From the NCBI GenBank assembly GCA_964199315.1, contig OZ116701.1, forward strand, positions 19,158,001 through 19,222,000: 64,000 nucleotides of DNA, read 5' to 3'. Shown piece after piece: positions 1 to 13,230 of the stretch; the first letter of the stretch is position 1; each line of letters starts with the position of its first letter. The position numbers and the translations under genes are program-made. The notes under the pieces were generated by a model that saw only the letters and a list, made by a program, of their open reading frames with translations, searched no databases and was not told the DNA's origin. Source of the DNA: Orbicella franksi (lineage: Eukaryota).

Positions 1-430
1 AGATTGTTTAGTACAAGGCGAAAAGAACATATCAGAAATACTAAACAATGTGCTAAAGGCTCCAATGTAGCGAAACATGCTTGGACCTCTGATCATACCA
101 TCGACTTTAACCATGCTGAGATAATTGACAAAGGCAACAGCCACATTAGAAAGACGCTGGAATCCTGGCACACAGCGAAAACGGCCGAGGACGACAACAA
201 TTCGTGCCCTCTGCCGGGACAATATAACATTCTTTTAAACAAACACTAATTTCACACTTTTAGCATTCTCACATTCTTTCCCAGGTATTCTATTTAATAT
301 ATGCCATTCGCTTGTTATATTCAAAACTTTTACGTCTATTTTATCATTTCATTTTTGTCCGTCGAAGACAGCAGACTGGCTGTTGAAAGCTCACAACTTT
401 AAACAATTTTACCAGAGAACGTTTTTTATC
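1..430 (+). mobile_element. 3' end of a Penelope-like retroelement (GIY-YIG endonuclease C-terminus plus 3' UTR/pLTR)
   Basis: ORF 4-249 (STRRKEH...SNVAKHAWTSDHTIDFNHAEIIDKG...RKTLESWH) matches the C-terminal part of PLE GIY-YIG domains. It is followed by a UTR with the stem-loop motif gtcgaagacagcagactggctgttgaaa. The same UTR recurs at 15241-15411 (minus) and 31278-31459 (plus). Confidence 0.8.
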
Positions 431-1069
431 TCTTTTAATTTATAAAAACTAATTTTTCCAGCAAAAGAGAGCGAAAAACAAATCCCTTCAACTGAGGAGG
501 CTAGTTGGAAATGAACGAATCTCTCACCCCAAGTAAACCAGGAAAACTTTAATTTGCTTGGTCGATGTAGCTGCAAGCAAGAAATTATTCGCGTACTGTT
601 GACCATGATTTCTTCAGCGAAAGTTAGCTAGTCGGACCAACAACGGTATTCCACGAATGCGCAAAACGCGCGTGTTATTTGCAGCTTTGTTTTACCGCCA
701 ATAACAGCTAGAGGACAAGGTAGCCCAGTCATCAGAGGTTTTAACACACAGACCTCAGTCGTACCAACAACGTTTTTCCATGAATACGCCAAATGCACGT
801 GTTATTTGCGGCATGTTCTAGCGCAAACCTGCTTATACTTATGACTGTGATATCATCCGCGAAGGACACCAAATCTTTGTCACTCTCAAACCCTTACGCC
901 GGCATTATCATGGTTTGTAACTGGATTCAGGATTCCCGTGTTAACGAAGCTATTATCAGGTTTAAGCCCTTAACGCCCTAGTAAAACGTACACCCCGCAA
1001 TCTCCACTACAAGCACTTTTTAAAACACTTTACATGTCTGACAGAAGTTTAATTTTTTTTTTTTTACAG

Positions 1070-2378
1070 CCCTTAATGTGACTGCCGTGTCTTGTAAGGA
1101 ACTCTATGACAAACACAAGTAAGTTTACAGCTAAATGCCGTCTTGATAACTAAACAGAATCGCTCACCTCTCGATTCCCTTCCTACAGTACTTCAGTTCA
1201 AGATGTTGTCAAATCCCTATCTTTCTTTCGTTTTATAAACACCACTGTTTAGAAAGAGAGACCACTTTGCAAACGATTCGATGGATCAATCCACAGCGTA
1301 ACTGAATTCAGTTTCAGCAGCTTATTACTCTCATATTTTAATCACTTTTAGCCCTAATTGTTTGTTCAATAATACTATACTAGTAATTGCAAGGTATTTA
1401 AATTGTTTGGAGTACTTCTCGTGCAAGCCATCAACTGCACGTTTCGTTTCAGCAGCCAACGAAGCTAACCGGCCGAGGTACAAAACCGGTATGACTGTGG
1501 AAACTCGATATGTCACTAGACTGGGAAAATCCCCTGGTCGTACAGTAATAATTTAAGGAGTGGCGTTGGGTTCTTTGACTTTACAAGGATTAAGAAGCCT
1601 CATCCTCCACAATCCTCTTTTTTGTCCCCTATAACAGGTCCAGAGAGAGTCAAGTGTATCCACTGATGTTTAGTGAGCAGACGATTCCTGTTTATTGTCA
1701 CATGGAAAACTTTGGATGTGGAGATGGAGGATGGACACTAGCCATGAAGATTAACGGCAATAAGGTACAAACCTCTCCCTACGCCATGTGTTATATGAAC
1801 ATTATAAGCATTTTAAAATTTCAACGACATGAAAGCTAATATTTTCTCTTCATTTTCAGACAACTTTCCATTACAATTCTCACTTTTGGAACGACACGAG
1901 AGGTTATAATCTTACAGCAGGTCGGAGTGGGTTTGACACACAAGAGACCAAGCTACCAACCTACTGGAGCACATCCTTCTCCAAGATTTGTCTCGGTATA
2001 AAGATCGGCCAACAGACCAACTTCATTGTCATCAACAAGACGGCCGACTCTCTGTACTCACTGATCGCTGACGGGCAATACCGCGCCACCTCACTGGGCC
2101 GTAACATGTGGAAGACGTTGATTGGTTCACAGGCCTCCTTACAGCTCAACTGTAACAAGGAAGGGTTCAATGCTGTGGGTACTTCTTATATCTATTCCAA
2201 AGCAAGAATCGGCATCATTAGTAACGGGCAAAATCAGTGCGACAGCTGTAACTCCAGAATCGGGTTTGGCACAGGAGGAAAGGATGATGACAGCAACACG
2301 TGTGGGAACGAAGCAACTTTCACACCAGATAATGGAGACAAACACATCAAAGCCATGGGTTATATTTTGGTGCAGTGA
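1070..2378 (+). CDS. USOMP5-like secreted protein, copy 1; last three exons only (1070-1118, 1638-1764, 1860-2378)
   Basis: GT-AG exons join in phase: ..[14 protein letters not shown] / [34 protein letters not shown] / [60 protein letters not shown]. The fibrinogen-like start and C-terminal domain resemble coral uncharacterized skeletal organic matrix protein 5. The 5' exons are not seen in this window. Confidence 0.8.
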
Positions 2379-3205
2379 CATGAACTAGTACTGTGCATGA
2401 CGTGTGAAAAAGCTTTTAGCATCTCAATGGATTAGCATTGATGCGTTTTTATTTGCGAGAATTAGTACAATACAATAGAGTACAATACAATATAATACAA
2501 GTTTTTTTCTGTCATACGTACGCTTAGCTATTCAGCTGTGACATTGCATAATGAAATGACACATCAGCTAATTTACCAGTGTTTTGTTGAACAAATAAAT
2601 AAAGAGTGGTGATTGGAAAACATTTCGTGGTGTCTTAAGTCAAGCATTTTTTATTCTCATTTTTATCTTTTTTGCACACATCATGGAATGGACAATCTTC
2701 ACAACTCTAGCGGTTACTTTCTGCCCACATAGGTCAGAGATAGCCCTCTGAATGAAAATGTACATTTAAGGCAGAGTAGTTAACAGTTCTTAGTAGAAGT
2801 CAATTATCTGCGAAAAAAAGAGAAAAAGAGAAAAAACTCATAATACTTAAACATTTAAAAATAATTCAGTTTCAACTCAGGGCGATTTTAATTACACGTT
2901 CAATACGTAATCGAAACTAAGCTTCAGAAACTTTCAGTTAGGATGAGAGGCATGAAATTTGCGGTTGCCATGGCAACGTCCAGAGCTAGACAATTGACAA
3001 ATCGGACGGTCGGACTGACTAACTGACCGACGAGCCGACCGATTAAATGGCCCACCACTTTAGTGACGACTGGACCATCGCTACAAGAGGAACACAGGCC
3101 TGCCTGTCAAACAAGCAGCTTTTCGCTCTGCTTTCTTCTAGAAGAATTATCCTCCTTTCTGCATCAGTGTCGCGTCGCATTTTGAATACATTATGTCAGT
3201 TTTAA

Positions 3206-3973
3206 GGGCCCATTAACCGATCTTTTAGAGCCCGTTGCTAAGGAAAATTCAGTCTCATCTAACCTCCTCATTTTTAGTTAGTTCAGAGTTATTTCATGTG
3301 TTTCAACTTTTTCATGACCAGTAACACTAGTGATGACGTCATCAGGCCACGCCCATGGTCATGTGACAGAAAAAATGCAAAAGCTCCCAGGCAAATTTCT
3401 TTCTCCAGATTTTTTTCTTTGATTTAATATTTTAATTTAAATCCTCATTACGCTATGCATCGATTTTGTTTCATTTCTAAAAGGTCAGATTTTGAGAGCA
3501 TTTCAAAATATTGAAAAATTCGTAATTTTCTGAAAAAGGAATGCATAGCTATGTTGCCAACGTTGGCTTTAATCGAAAATCGTCGAAAAAGGCTGGATTT
3601 AATGAAAACCGCGTTTCCTTTAGCATTTAAAGAAACCGGAAGTGCGCCCGATATCTATTGGAAGTTACCCTATCAGCGCGTGCGCAATGTACACTACCAG
3701 CGCACTTCGGTGAGATCACACAAAGCCACCGGAGTTAGTTTTTCTCTTTCTATTGCTCTTGTTTTTCTGTCTTTCTCTTATTTTGTCTTTGCTTGTACTT
3801 TTTTTGCTTTGCATTTTGTGAAACACAAAGAAAAACATCTAAAATGTATGCGAATTTGCAAGCTTTTGAGTTGCCTTTATTTTCCGTGTTCAGGCTGACG
3901 TAAGTGACCGGAAGTGAAATTTCATCTCCTTAGCAACGCGCGTGAGCGCGCGCATGAATCGGTTAATGGGCCC
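3206..3973. mobile_element. 768-bp non-autonomous TIR element with TTAA target duplication (Kolobok-type GG..CC ends)
   Basis: TTAA-gggcccattaaccg ... cggttaatgggccc-TTAA. The paralogous unit at 39461-39480 shows the empty site (tgtcttaagatgac). Confidence 0.85.
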
Positions 3974-5240
3974 TTAAGATGACTGGTTTTCCCAAAAGTG
4001 CAAACCCTGTCAACTGTATGCCGAAGAAAGCGACAGTATATTTGGAGTAATTTAATTATTCCTGAAAGATACACGATTCATTTCTTTGTATCCTACACAT
4101 TCGTAATTTATTACCACAAAAACTGTAATTGACAACTGAGTTTGTATCCACAACCTTTTTTTCTTTTTCAATATTGACTTTAATTTTCGTGTATTTATTA
4201 TTGTTTATATTTCGGTCATCCAGCTTTTGTATATATTGGAAACGCGGCTCTTCAGTTGAATATAAGAAATTTTTGGTTCTTTACTAGAATTTTAACGAGA
4301 ATTTTATCCTGGTCAGTTAGGCTTACTTCGTGTCGTAAAGTTTTCGTTGGCTTGGGATGGGTCATTGTGAACAGAAGACAGGAAAAAGTGAAAACTTGCA
4401 CGAGAACTGATGACAACCGAGAAACAATGAGATTTACTTTAAACTGCCAAACTTATTTCCTTCTTTTTCGAACCATCGCACTGCCAACTGATGAACTCGG
4501 CAATATGGTGGTGACTCTAAACTAACATTTGGCTGTTCCCCCTCTCATTATAGGTTCGTAAAACTGCCAGCGAGCTGTAATTAAATATACAGAGCTTTCG
4601 CTTTGTTTGGAGACACTTATGCGCTAACAACTGTTGATAACTTTCAAAGCGGAATACCAAATCTCTCTGGTTTTTTTTACTACTCGTGCACAGAAATTGA
4701 CCCCATTGCAGATTTAAAAGAGAAACTGGAATGAATTATCTTTGTCATATTTTCCCATGTTATAGTAACTTGTCTCCTCTAATAAGTGAAGTGTCTGTCT
4801 ATTATCCTGGTTGGAGCCAAGTAGGTGTACTTATAAATAAAGATATTATTTATGTCACATACACCTCATTTCTTCATCCGCGAACAAAACATCTGCTAAA
4901 GTTTGGATTCTTTCATCGTTCAATTCATTGAAAGTTCCCTTTGTCTCTAATCGACAATTGATGTCTTCATCTCCGTTATCTTAATCCCTCAATCGTCTGC
5001 GAGTTAGCTGAGTTCTGGTACAAGTAACGCATTAGACAGTAGGTTTTCCCCAAAATCGTGCATGTTGAATTGCTCAAACTCTAGCGGCAACTTGAATGTC
5101 ATTCCAATTATGTTGATGGTATTAACATGCAACCCGTCATATCGCTTGATCATATTTAGCCTGATTTAAGTAAATCACATTTCTTTAGGCGCTATTTTCA
5201 AAAACAGTTTCTACTAGTGGATATGACGCTTGTGTCTGAG

Positions 5241-8200
5241 ATGGGGATTTTCATAGTGACGCTTGCAGTGTTTTGGATTCTTTTCACCGAATGGTGGGAT
5301 CATGCACGAGGTGAAGACGTTTGTGTTGCTAAGCGGTTTTTCTTAAAGAAAGCTCAAGGTAAGTCAGTTCAAGTGCAATGTTTCTTGTGAATGAAGTACG
5401 ACATGGATTTCTGTTAAAGGTTAAACACGGTTTTAGTTGCTCCAGACGGTTGCAGTTTACGCAGATGAATCAAGCAACCCTAAGAAATCATTGGCCATCG
5501 ATACAGGCCAATAAAATGAGGGAGGATGAAAATTGAAACACAACAGTATTTCAGTTTCGCAAGAACAGAAAACGAAAAAAGGCTGCCTTGCTTTCTTTTT
5601 AGACTCGAAATTGTTTTGGTTTTGCACGTCATTTTTTTTTTTTTTTTTCAACAATTTAACTAACTGCATGATAAAGATACCGTATACCATCTCAAAAACG
5701 CCTTGTAGTCTTTTTTAGATTCTCTATATCAGCATTTTAATTTGCGGTTAGTTTGAACTCATTTCCAAGCGACCTTCGTAAAGTTCCGTTAAAACAATAA
5801 CTTATGGCACCTGCCCTGGTAAGCCTAATTCCTCCCTTCAACAAATGAAATAGCAGAGGGAAGATCTGTAAGTAAATATACAAAGTACGAGAGATGTACA
5901 AAGGTTCGCTTTCTGTTTCGTTGCTCATCGCAACCTCCTTTAGTTTAACAAACCGTTGTACTGCTGCTTCGTTAGTAGCGAGCTGCTTCGATGAATTTAA
6001 GAGCAAATGTCACCAAAAATCGAGCATAATTTAAATCTGGCGGCAGAAGTCGAAAAATCGATTATTCTCTCTTTTCGTCCACAAATAGCCCTTCCAAGGC
6101 AGATGTGAAACGTGATATAGTTTTTTTGAGCTCGAAGCGCTTTCAATTCGAGAAGACGATTTTCCACTCTACGGTCGCCAAAATGGCAACACGGCAAAGG
6201 CTGAAAAGTAAAAACCTAAACTTAATTTGCGTTTGCGTGTAAAGCGGGAGAACCACAATTTATCGATACTTTTCCTTGAAAGACAAAGTATTCAGCTATC
6301 CAGAACAGGTTAGAACTTGACTTGAGCGCCATTCGACAATAAACAAACAAATCTTCAAAAAATCCCTTTGAGTTACCAGGTCAAATTCGTAATTTACGAA
6401 TAAAATTCAGAGATATTTTTCGACATGTGCCGTAACTTCAAATTACTTGAAACTTTGCCTTTTGAATACTTTAATGTTGTTGTAAAACATGTATTAAGAC
6501 CAGTTTGGATTATTCTTCGAGTGTTCTTTGAGGTCCGGCTGAAAAACTCCGATTTTACCTGAAGCATCACGAAAGGTGACTAGCGCGCGTTGTTCTGAGG
6601 GCAAGCGGGTATCTAGGCGTTTAAAGTCCTTGTATTATTAGTTCTTTGTACTGATAAGCAAATTGCTTCCCTGTACTTATAATGTAAGGGTAAAACCGTG
6701 ACTCAATCTCAACGTCAAAGTAAGTGTATTTCTAAATACAGTTTCTCGCTTTCAATGCCAGACATTTGTGAAGAGGTGTCCATCGGATTCCACACCAAGC
6801 TCTCTTGCGATCTCAAATTGCAACAAGAGTCGCATACTTATCACAACTTTGGTTAAGCCTACTTCGTACTATGTACGACTTCCAGAAACTATTATATTTT
6901 GACGATGGTATTTGTCCTCTAATTAGTTAAATGAGAAGTACGTCTTCGCTCTCCACCAGTTGTCGCCAAATCGTTAGTGAACGCGACCCAACTTTAGACA
7001 TTTTCCCAGGGTGGGTTGTTTACTTAAGAGCGACAGTTTATTTCCGAAGTAAAACATGTTTCCAATACAGTAACCGAAGGCGATCAAATTACATAAAAAT
7101 AACGGTTTTGTGTTATCTTTTTTCTTTCTTTCTCTTTTGTCTTGCCTGGAGACGCTGTGCTGATAAATCACGTGATCAGTAAGTACCAGGTCACCTCGGT
7201 GATCGATTGTGCTCACCGTTGCATACGCGAGTCCAGGTGCGTTTCCTTCAACTACGAGGATCACGCTACATCGCTACGACACGTGTGTCAGATCAATGAC
7301 GAGAAAAAGCAAAAGAACTTTGAAAACTTCATTGGCCTGGATGGTTTCAGTTACTATCAGTTTGAGGTAAGTATTCGAGGCGTCAAAATATGCACACCTT
7401 CAAAAATACGTTACTCTAGGATAATGATGCTATAAAATGCATTACAGTGTAGGCGAAAACAGCCTACGTGAAGATGTCTCCTGTTTTCTTTGCTTTACCA
7501 CATGGGTATAACGCCGCACGGGTCCAGATTAGGACCCGGGGCACACTGGTAGGAGGCTGGCGAGCGCTCTCATCACTACGTCACTCCTTAGTACCCAACA
7601 TACCTTGAACAAGGTTGCTGTTTTAATTTATGATAACATTAGCCGGCCACGATCGGAACGGGAGACTCTAGTTTAAATATAACACCGCTGCCTAACTAAG
7701 AGAGTTCTTCATTCCTCCTACCTCGGGTACGATCTACCTGGCATGTCTGACATGGTTGACACAGACATCACTTTTCAAAAATTTTCTGACTTTTCCCTGA
7801 TACAAATGAAATTTCCCTCGCCAAATGAATACAAAATGTCAGATCTAGTAGAGGCTATAGCCACCCTCTGCATTCGTTCATTAAGACTGGTCATTTTTAA
7901 CTAACAAATTTTCCTTCTTTATAAATTTAAAATATCGCTGAGCAAGATATTATATTCTTCTGCGTTGAGATAAGAGTGACCCCAATGTTTCTTTCAGCCT
8001 TCAATGGTATTTTAAAAACCAGCCGTTTTAAACAAAGACAATCGACCAGTAACTGAATCTCTTTTCTATCTTCATTCTCAGCAGCCTTTCGCATGCTGTG
8101 TTGGTTGTCAAAATGGCGGCACTTGTTTGGAGCAGTGTGACGGAAACCGTAAATGTATCTGTACAGAAGGATACACCGGAGTACATTGTGAAAATATTCT

Positions 8201-9890
8201 TACAAAAGAAACATTACGTAAGAAGCACAACAAAAACCTCTCATTTGTACTCATACTTTCAATCTACATTATCAGGTTTATGCCCTTTACGTGCTAGTAA
8301 AACGTACACCCCGCAACCTTCACTACAAGCGCATTTTAAAACACTTTACATGTCTGACAGAAGTTTAATCTTTTTTACAGCCCTTAATGTGACTGCCGTG
8401 TCCTGTAAGGAACTGTATGACAAACACAAGTAAGTTCACAGCTAAATTCCGTTTTGACAATTAAACAGATTCGCTCACCTCTCGATTCACTTCCTACAGT
8501 ACTTCAGCTCAAGATGCTGAGGCAAATCCCTATCTTTCCTTTATTTTATAAACACTACTGTTTAGGAAGAGAGATTATTTTGCAAGCGATTTGATCGAGC
8601 AATCCACAGCGCAACTGAATTCAGTTTCAGCAGTTTATTACTCTAATATTTTAATCACTTTTAGCCCTAATTGTTTGTTCAACAATACTATACCAGTAAT
8701 TGCAAGGTATTTAAATTGTTTGGAGTTCTACTCGTGCAAACCATGCGCTGCACGTTTCATTTCAGCAGCAAACGAAGCTAACCGGCCAAGTTGTGAACAT
8801 GTGGAAACCCAGTGAAGTGAGCGAGATGAACAGCGTATGTCACTAGATTGAGAAAATCCTCTGGTCGTTCAGTAATAATTTAACTGAGAAGTGGCGTGGG
8901 TTCTTTCACTTTGTAAAGATTAAGAAACCTCATCTTCCACAATCCTCTCCATTCTTCTCTATAACAGGTTCAGAGAGGTACAAAAGGTACAAAACCGGTA
9001 TGACTGTGGAAACTCGATATATCACTAGACTGGGAAAATCCCCTGGTCGTACAGTAATAATTTAAGGATTGGCGTTGGGTTCTTTGACTTTACAAGGATT
9101 AAGAAGCCTCATCCTCCACAATCCTCTTTTTTGTCCCCTATAACAGGTCCAGAGAGAGTCAAGTGTATCCACTGATGTTTAGTGAGCACACGATTCCTGT
9201 TTACTGTCACATGGGAAATTTTGGATGTGGAGGTGGAGGATGGACACTAGCCATGAAGGTTAACGGCAATAAGGTACAAATCTCTACCCACAACAATGTG
9301 TTACATGATATGAACGTTATAAGCATTTAAAAATTTTAACGACATGAAAGCTAATATTTTCTTTTCAATTTCAGACAACTTTCCACTACAATTCTCACTT
9401 TTGGAACAACACAAACGGTTATAATCTTACAGCAGGTCGGAGTGGGTTTGACACACAAGAGACCAAGCTACCAACCTATTGGAAGACATCCTTCTCCAAG
9501 ATTTGTCTCGGCATGAAGATCGGTCAACAGACTAACTTCATTGTCATCAACAAGACGGCCAACTCTCTGTACTCACTGATCGCTGACGGGCAATACCGCG
9601 CCACCTCATTGGGCCGTAACACATGGAAGAAGTTGATTGGCTCACAGGCCTCCTTACAGCTCAACTGTAACAAAGAAGGGTTCAATGCTGTGGGAAATAA
9701 TTATTTTCAATCGAAAGCAAGAATCGGCATCACTAATAACCAGCAAAACGACTGCAACAGCTGTGATTCCAGAATCGGGTTTGGTACAGGAGGAGACGAT
9801 GATGACAACAACACGTGTGGAAACGAAGCAACTCACTCACCAGATAATGGAATCAAACACATCAAAGCCATGGGTTATATTTTGGTGTAG
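5241..9890 (+). CDS. USOMP5-like copy 2: signal peptide-PAN/Apple-EGF-fibrinogen-like; exons 5241-5358, 7152-7366, 8082-8217, 8381-8429, 9147-9273, 9375-9890
   Basis: Signal peptide [15 protein letters not shown]; PAN/Apple [21 protein letters not shown]; [23 protein letters not shown]. All phases are compatible. The terminal CAG is mutated to TAG one codon before the ancestral TGA, so the protein loses one residue. Confidence 0.8.
7505..7590 (-). mobile_element. Decayed tRNA-derived SINE head in intron 2 (paralogous copies near 32550-32635 and 49565-49650)
   Basis: tRNA-like segment (..gacgccg..ggacccggg..gagtgctctcaccactgcgtcactcc) present at the same intron position in three gene copies, so it predates the duplications. 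Confidence 0.5.
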
Positions 9891-10689
9891 TGACATGAAC
9901 TAGTACTGTGTGAAAAAGCTTTTAACATCTCAGTGGATTAGCATTCATACTTTTCTATTTTGCGAGAATTAGTGTTCTGTAGAACAAATAAAGAATGGTG
10001 ATGGAAAAGCATTTCGCAGTGTTTTACGTCAAGTAATAATTATTATCATTGTTAGTTTTGTCGCATACATCGGGGAATGGACAATCTTCACCACCCTCGT
10101 GGTTACATTTTCTTCCGACATAGGTTAGGCACAACTCGCTGAATGAAAATGTACATTAAAAGCAGCGTAGTTAATATATTTCTTAATACAAGTCAATTAC
10201 CTGCGAAAAAAATAAAAAGAGAGAAAACTCTTAATATTTAAACATTTAAAAATAATTTAGTTTCAACTCAGGCATTACATGTACACAATGTATTTCAAGC
10301 TAAGTTTCAGAAATTGGCCAAAGCTACATGAAATTTGCGGTTGCCTTTGCAACGTCTAGAATCATGGGTACAGAATTGACAAATCAAAATTTCCGTTAAG
10401 GATGAATGAACAGCTGCAGCTACTGAAAGTTTCAGCATTTTAGAGTAAATCGTCTTTTCAAAACTTAACTTTATCGACATATTTCTATACATTTTGCAGT
10501 TCTCTTCATCAAATATCAGAAATTCTTGTAGTTACATTTCATAAGAGAGAAATCCACGAAGGCGGATTAGATGACGTCAGTTGACGTCATATGACGTCAA
10601 AACCAATAAAATTATTGTCACCTTGTAGAGCAAGTACGGGGTTATCTACTCAATGAAAGTTTTTTCCCCAGTGTGGCTTACCAGAACAA

Positions 10690-10870
10690 AATCCAAGGGA
10701 GGGGTTCTATCTACCCTTACAACTGGAAGGTGGTTACTCAGGTGTACATAGCATCACTATCACCAACATTGATTCGCTCGAATTTCTCTGCAATCAACAA
10801 ACGGATGGAAGGGGCCGGACAGTCATTCCGAGGCACTTCAGTCCCTTTTTTCTACAGCTCAATAGGAGCT
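10690..10870 (+). pseudogene. Decayed fibrinogen-related domain (FReD) exon
   Basis: One frame reads SGVHSITITNIDSLEFLCNQQTDGRGRTVIPRHF, matching the FReD N-terminal G-V-Y-x-I...C-D-x-x-T-D-G-G-G-W-T-V-I-Q-R-R pattern. Confidence 0.55.
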
Positions 10871-11943
10871 AGCTCGAGTAAGAAGAAGGCTTCGGAACTA
10901 TTCAAGGTGAGTTGGGAACATCACCATCAACAAGCTTATGAAGACATCCGGTGTCCTTCGAATTGAACTCAAATCACGTTTAACCTTGCCTGGATTCGAA
11001 AACTACTCCACGTCGCAGTGGACAGTCCGAAGGTGAATAACCGGTTGAAAATACAACGTTACCATGGAAATATCAGCGACTGGGCAGGAGATTCTTCGTG
11101 GCAGTATTTCACGACTAAGGACTTTTATACCGACAACGACTGCTCACAGCCCTGTATTTTCTCTTATTTCTATTTGATCGTTGAACGCGCGGATAGAATT
11201 TCGAGAGACGCCAGCGCAAAACGGAAGACTTGACTGGGCAGGGGGAAGGGGACCGAGATAAATAGAGGGGCTGTAGAGATCTTTGAAAAAAGGTGAATTC
11301 CCCGTTTCTCCAGAGACGGAAAATTCCCATTGGCCGAAAGGCGACAAAAGTGTCATCACCTTGACAACGGCCGATCATGATTGCATTCAAGTGCGTTTTG
11401 CGCCTTGCCGTGATTGGTAATAACGTGGTTGTTTTTAAAATAGAATCTTGTTAAAAGAAATTTCAACGTTTCTACGCTCAAAGATGAATAGAAAGAGGCT
11501 GCTGTTCATCGGTCGAAAGACGTAAGTGAATTATATCAACTCTACGCAACGGCAAAAGAAATGCAAATGAAAGGAGAGAAAACTCATACTACCTAAGCAT
11601 TTAAAAAATAATTCAGTTTCAACTCAGGGCGATTTTAACTACATGTACAAAATGTAATCCAAAATAAGCTTCAGAAAACTTCAGTTGCCATGGCAGCGTC
11701 CAAGACATTTGACAAATCGGACAGTCGGACTGTCGGACGGTCGGATTTCTACACTTTTTTCCAGTTCTCTTCATTAAATATCAGAAATTCTTGTACTTGC
11801 ATTTCATAAGCATTTTGACTTGATTTTGTATTGACTTCCGTTCTTTTTTGAGTTTTTAACAAAAATAGTGAAATCCACGATGGCGGATTAGATGATGTTA
11901 CTTGACGTTATATGACGTCATAACTAACAAAATTTTATTCACC

Positions 11944-12978
11944 CAACCTCTTTCCCAGGCTCTCTCTTCTCTTCCTCCGTTGGTCGTTGGAAGAAAGACC
12001 CTGGTTGCGGCTGGTCACGTAACCACCCAGAATCTGGGTGGTAAAAAAATCTGTTGGGTGGGAGGGATGGCAGAGTGTTTTGTTTGTTGCTGTGACAAAC
12101 TTTGTGGGTTTCGAAACCTCGGGCAGTCGCTCAAAACTAGCCGCTCTATCGGGGTTCGACGTCGAATTTGCCGATGAAGAATGCTACAAGATTTCTGCCG
12201 TCTTCAAAATAGAGAAGACTCATTCACAAAGAAATTCGGCAGCCGAATGGAGCAGAAACTGTTTGTCGGTTAGCAAATGTAACATGTCATGTACCGAAAA
12301 GTGAAACCAGTGGATCAGTCTCTTGAATCTTTGAATTTGGAGGTAATTTATTTTCATTATTATTATTATTATTTTGTTTGTTTGTGCGGTATTTTGATTG
12401 TTAAAAGTATTTCTGTCACACGGCTGATTAACCGAGTATTCTGACTTGTATTTGATTTACAGCAGTGCAAAATGCAGTTTTGTTTTGTAGGCATAAGCCC
12501 ACATTTATATTTCATCTGCATCAGGTTTATGTAAGTTTATATTTAGACAGCTGGTGAAACACGGTTCCTTGGCGTAGTCAAGAATTATATTTTGCAAAGT
12601 GGTTAATAAAACATCTTTTTATTCAGCGAACAATGTGCCGTGAGGTTAATTCAGGCAACATAAAACAGCGAAACAGTTTTACTTCTAGTAGTAAATCGAC
12701 CGGCTGGAATTGAAATCAGAGTGATACTTCAATACGCTGGATATATATAGATATATTTCGTCTGACCTGTTTGAAGCTTACAATAGGAATGGAAGATTTC
12801 AAAGGTGTAGCTAGCGATTGCCTTTCTTTCGCTTCAGTTAAGATCGACTAAAATTATTGGTTGACTCTACCCCGGTGGAAAAGTTTGTGTCACAGGTTGT
12901 CACGTGACCAGCCGCAACCAGGGTCTTTCTTTCAACGACCAAGGGAAGCAGAGAAGAGAGAGCCTGGGATCGAGGTTG
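11944..12978. mobile_element. 1,035-bp non-autonomous TIR element (caacctc...gaggttg)
   Basis: About 80-bp TIRs (caacctctttcccaggctctctc..ctggttgcggctggtcacgt / acgtgaccagccgcaaccaggg..gagagcctgggatcgaggttg). Imperfect ~9-bp duplication ttattcacc/gttgtcacc; empty site gttgtcaccttgtag at about 35726. Confidence 0.8.
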
Positions 12979-13049
12979 GTTGTCACCTTGTGGAGCAAAC
13001 ACGGGGTTATCTCCTCAATGTAACTGTCTTTCCTACTGTGGCTTACCAG

Positions 13050-13230
13050 AACAAAAACCAAGGGAGCGGTTCTATCCGCCCTTCCCGCCCCTTACAACTG
13101 GAAGACGGTAAACCAGATGTACATAACATCACTATCACCAACATTGGTTCGCTGGAAGTGCTCTGCAATCAACAAACGGACGGAAGGGGCTGGACAGTCA
13201 TTTAGAGGCGCTTCAGTCCGTTTTCTCTAC
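13050..13230 (+). pseudogene. Second copy of the decayed FReD exon (local duplication)
   Basis: Reads DVHNITITNIGSLEVLCNQQTDGRGWTVI*RRF (end of ORF 12861-13205). Homologous to 10690-10870. Confidence 0.6.
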
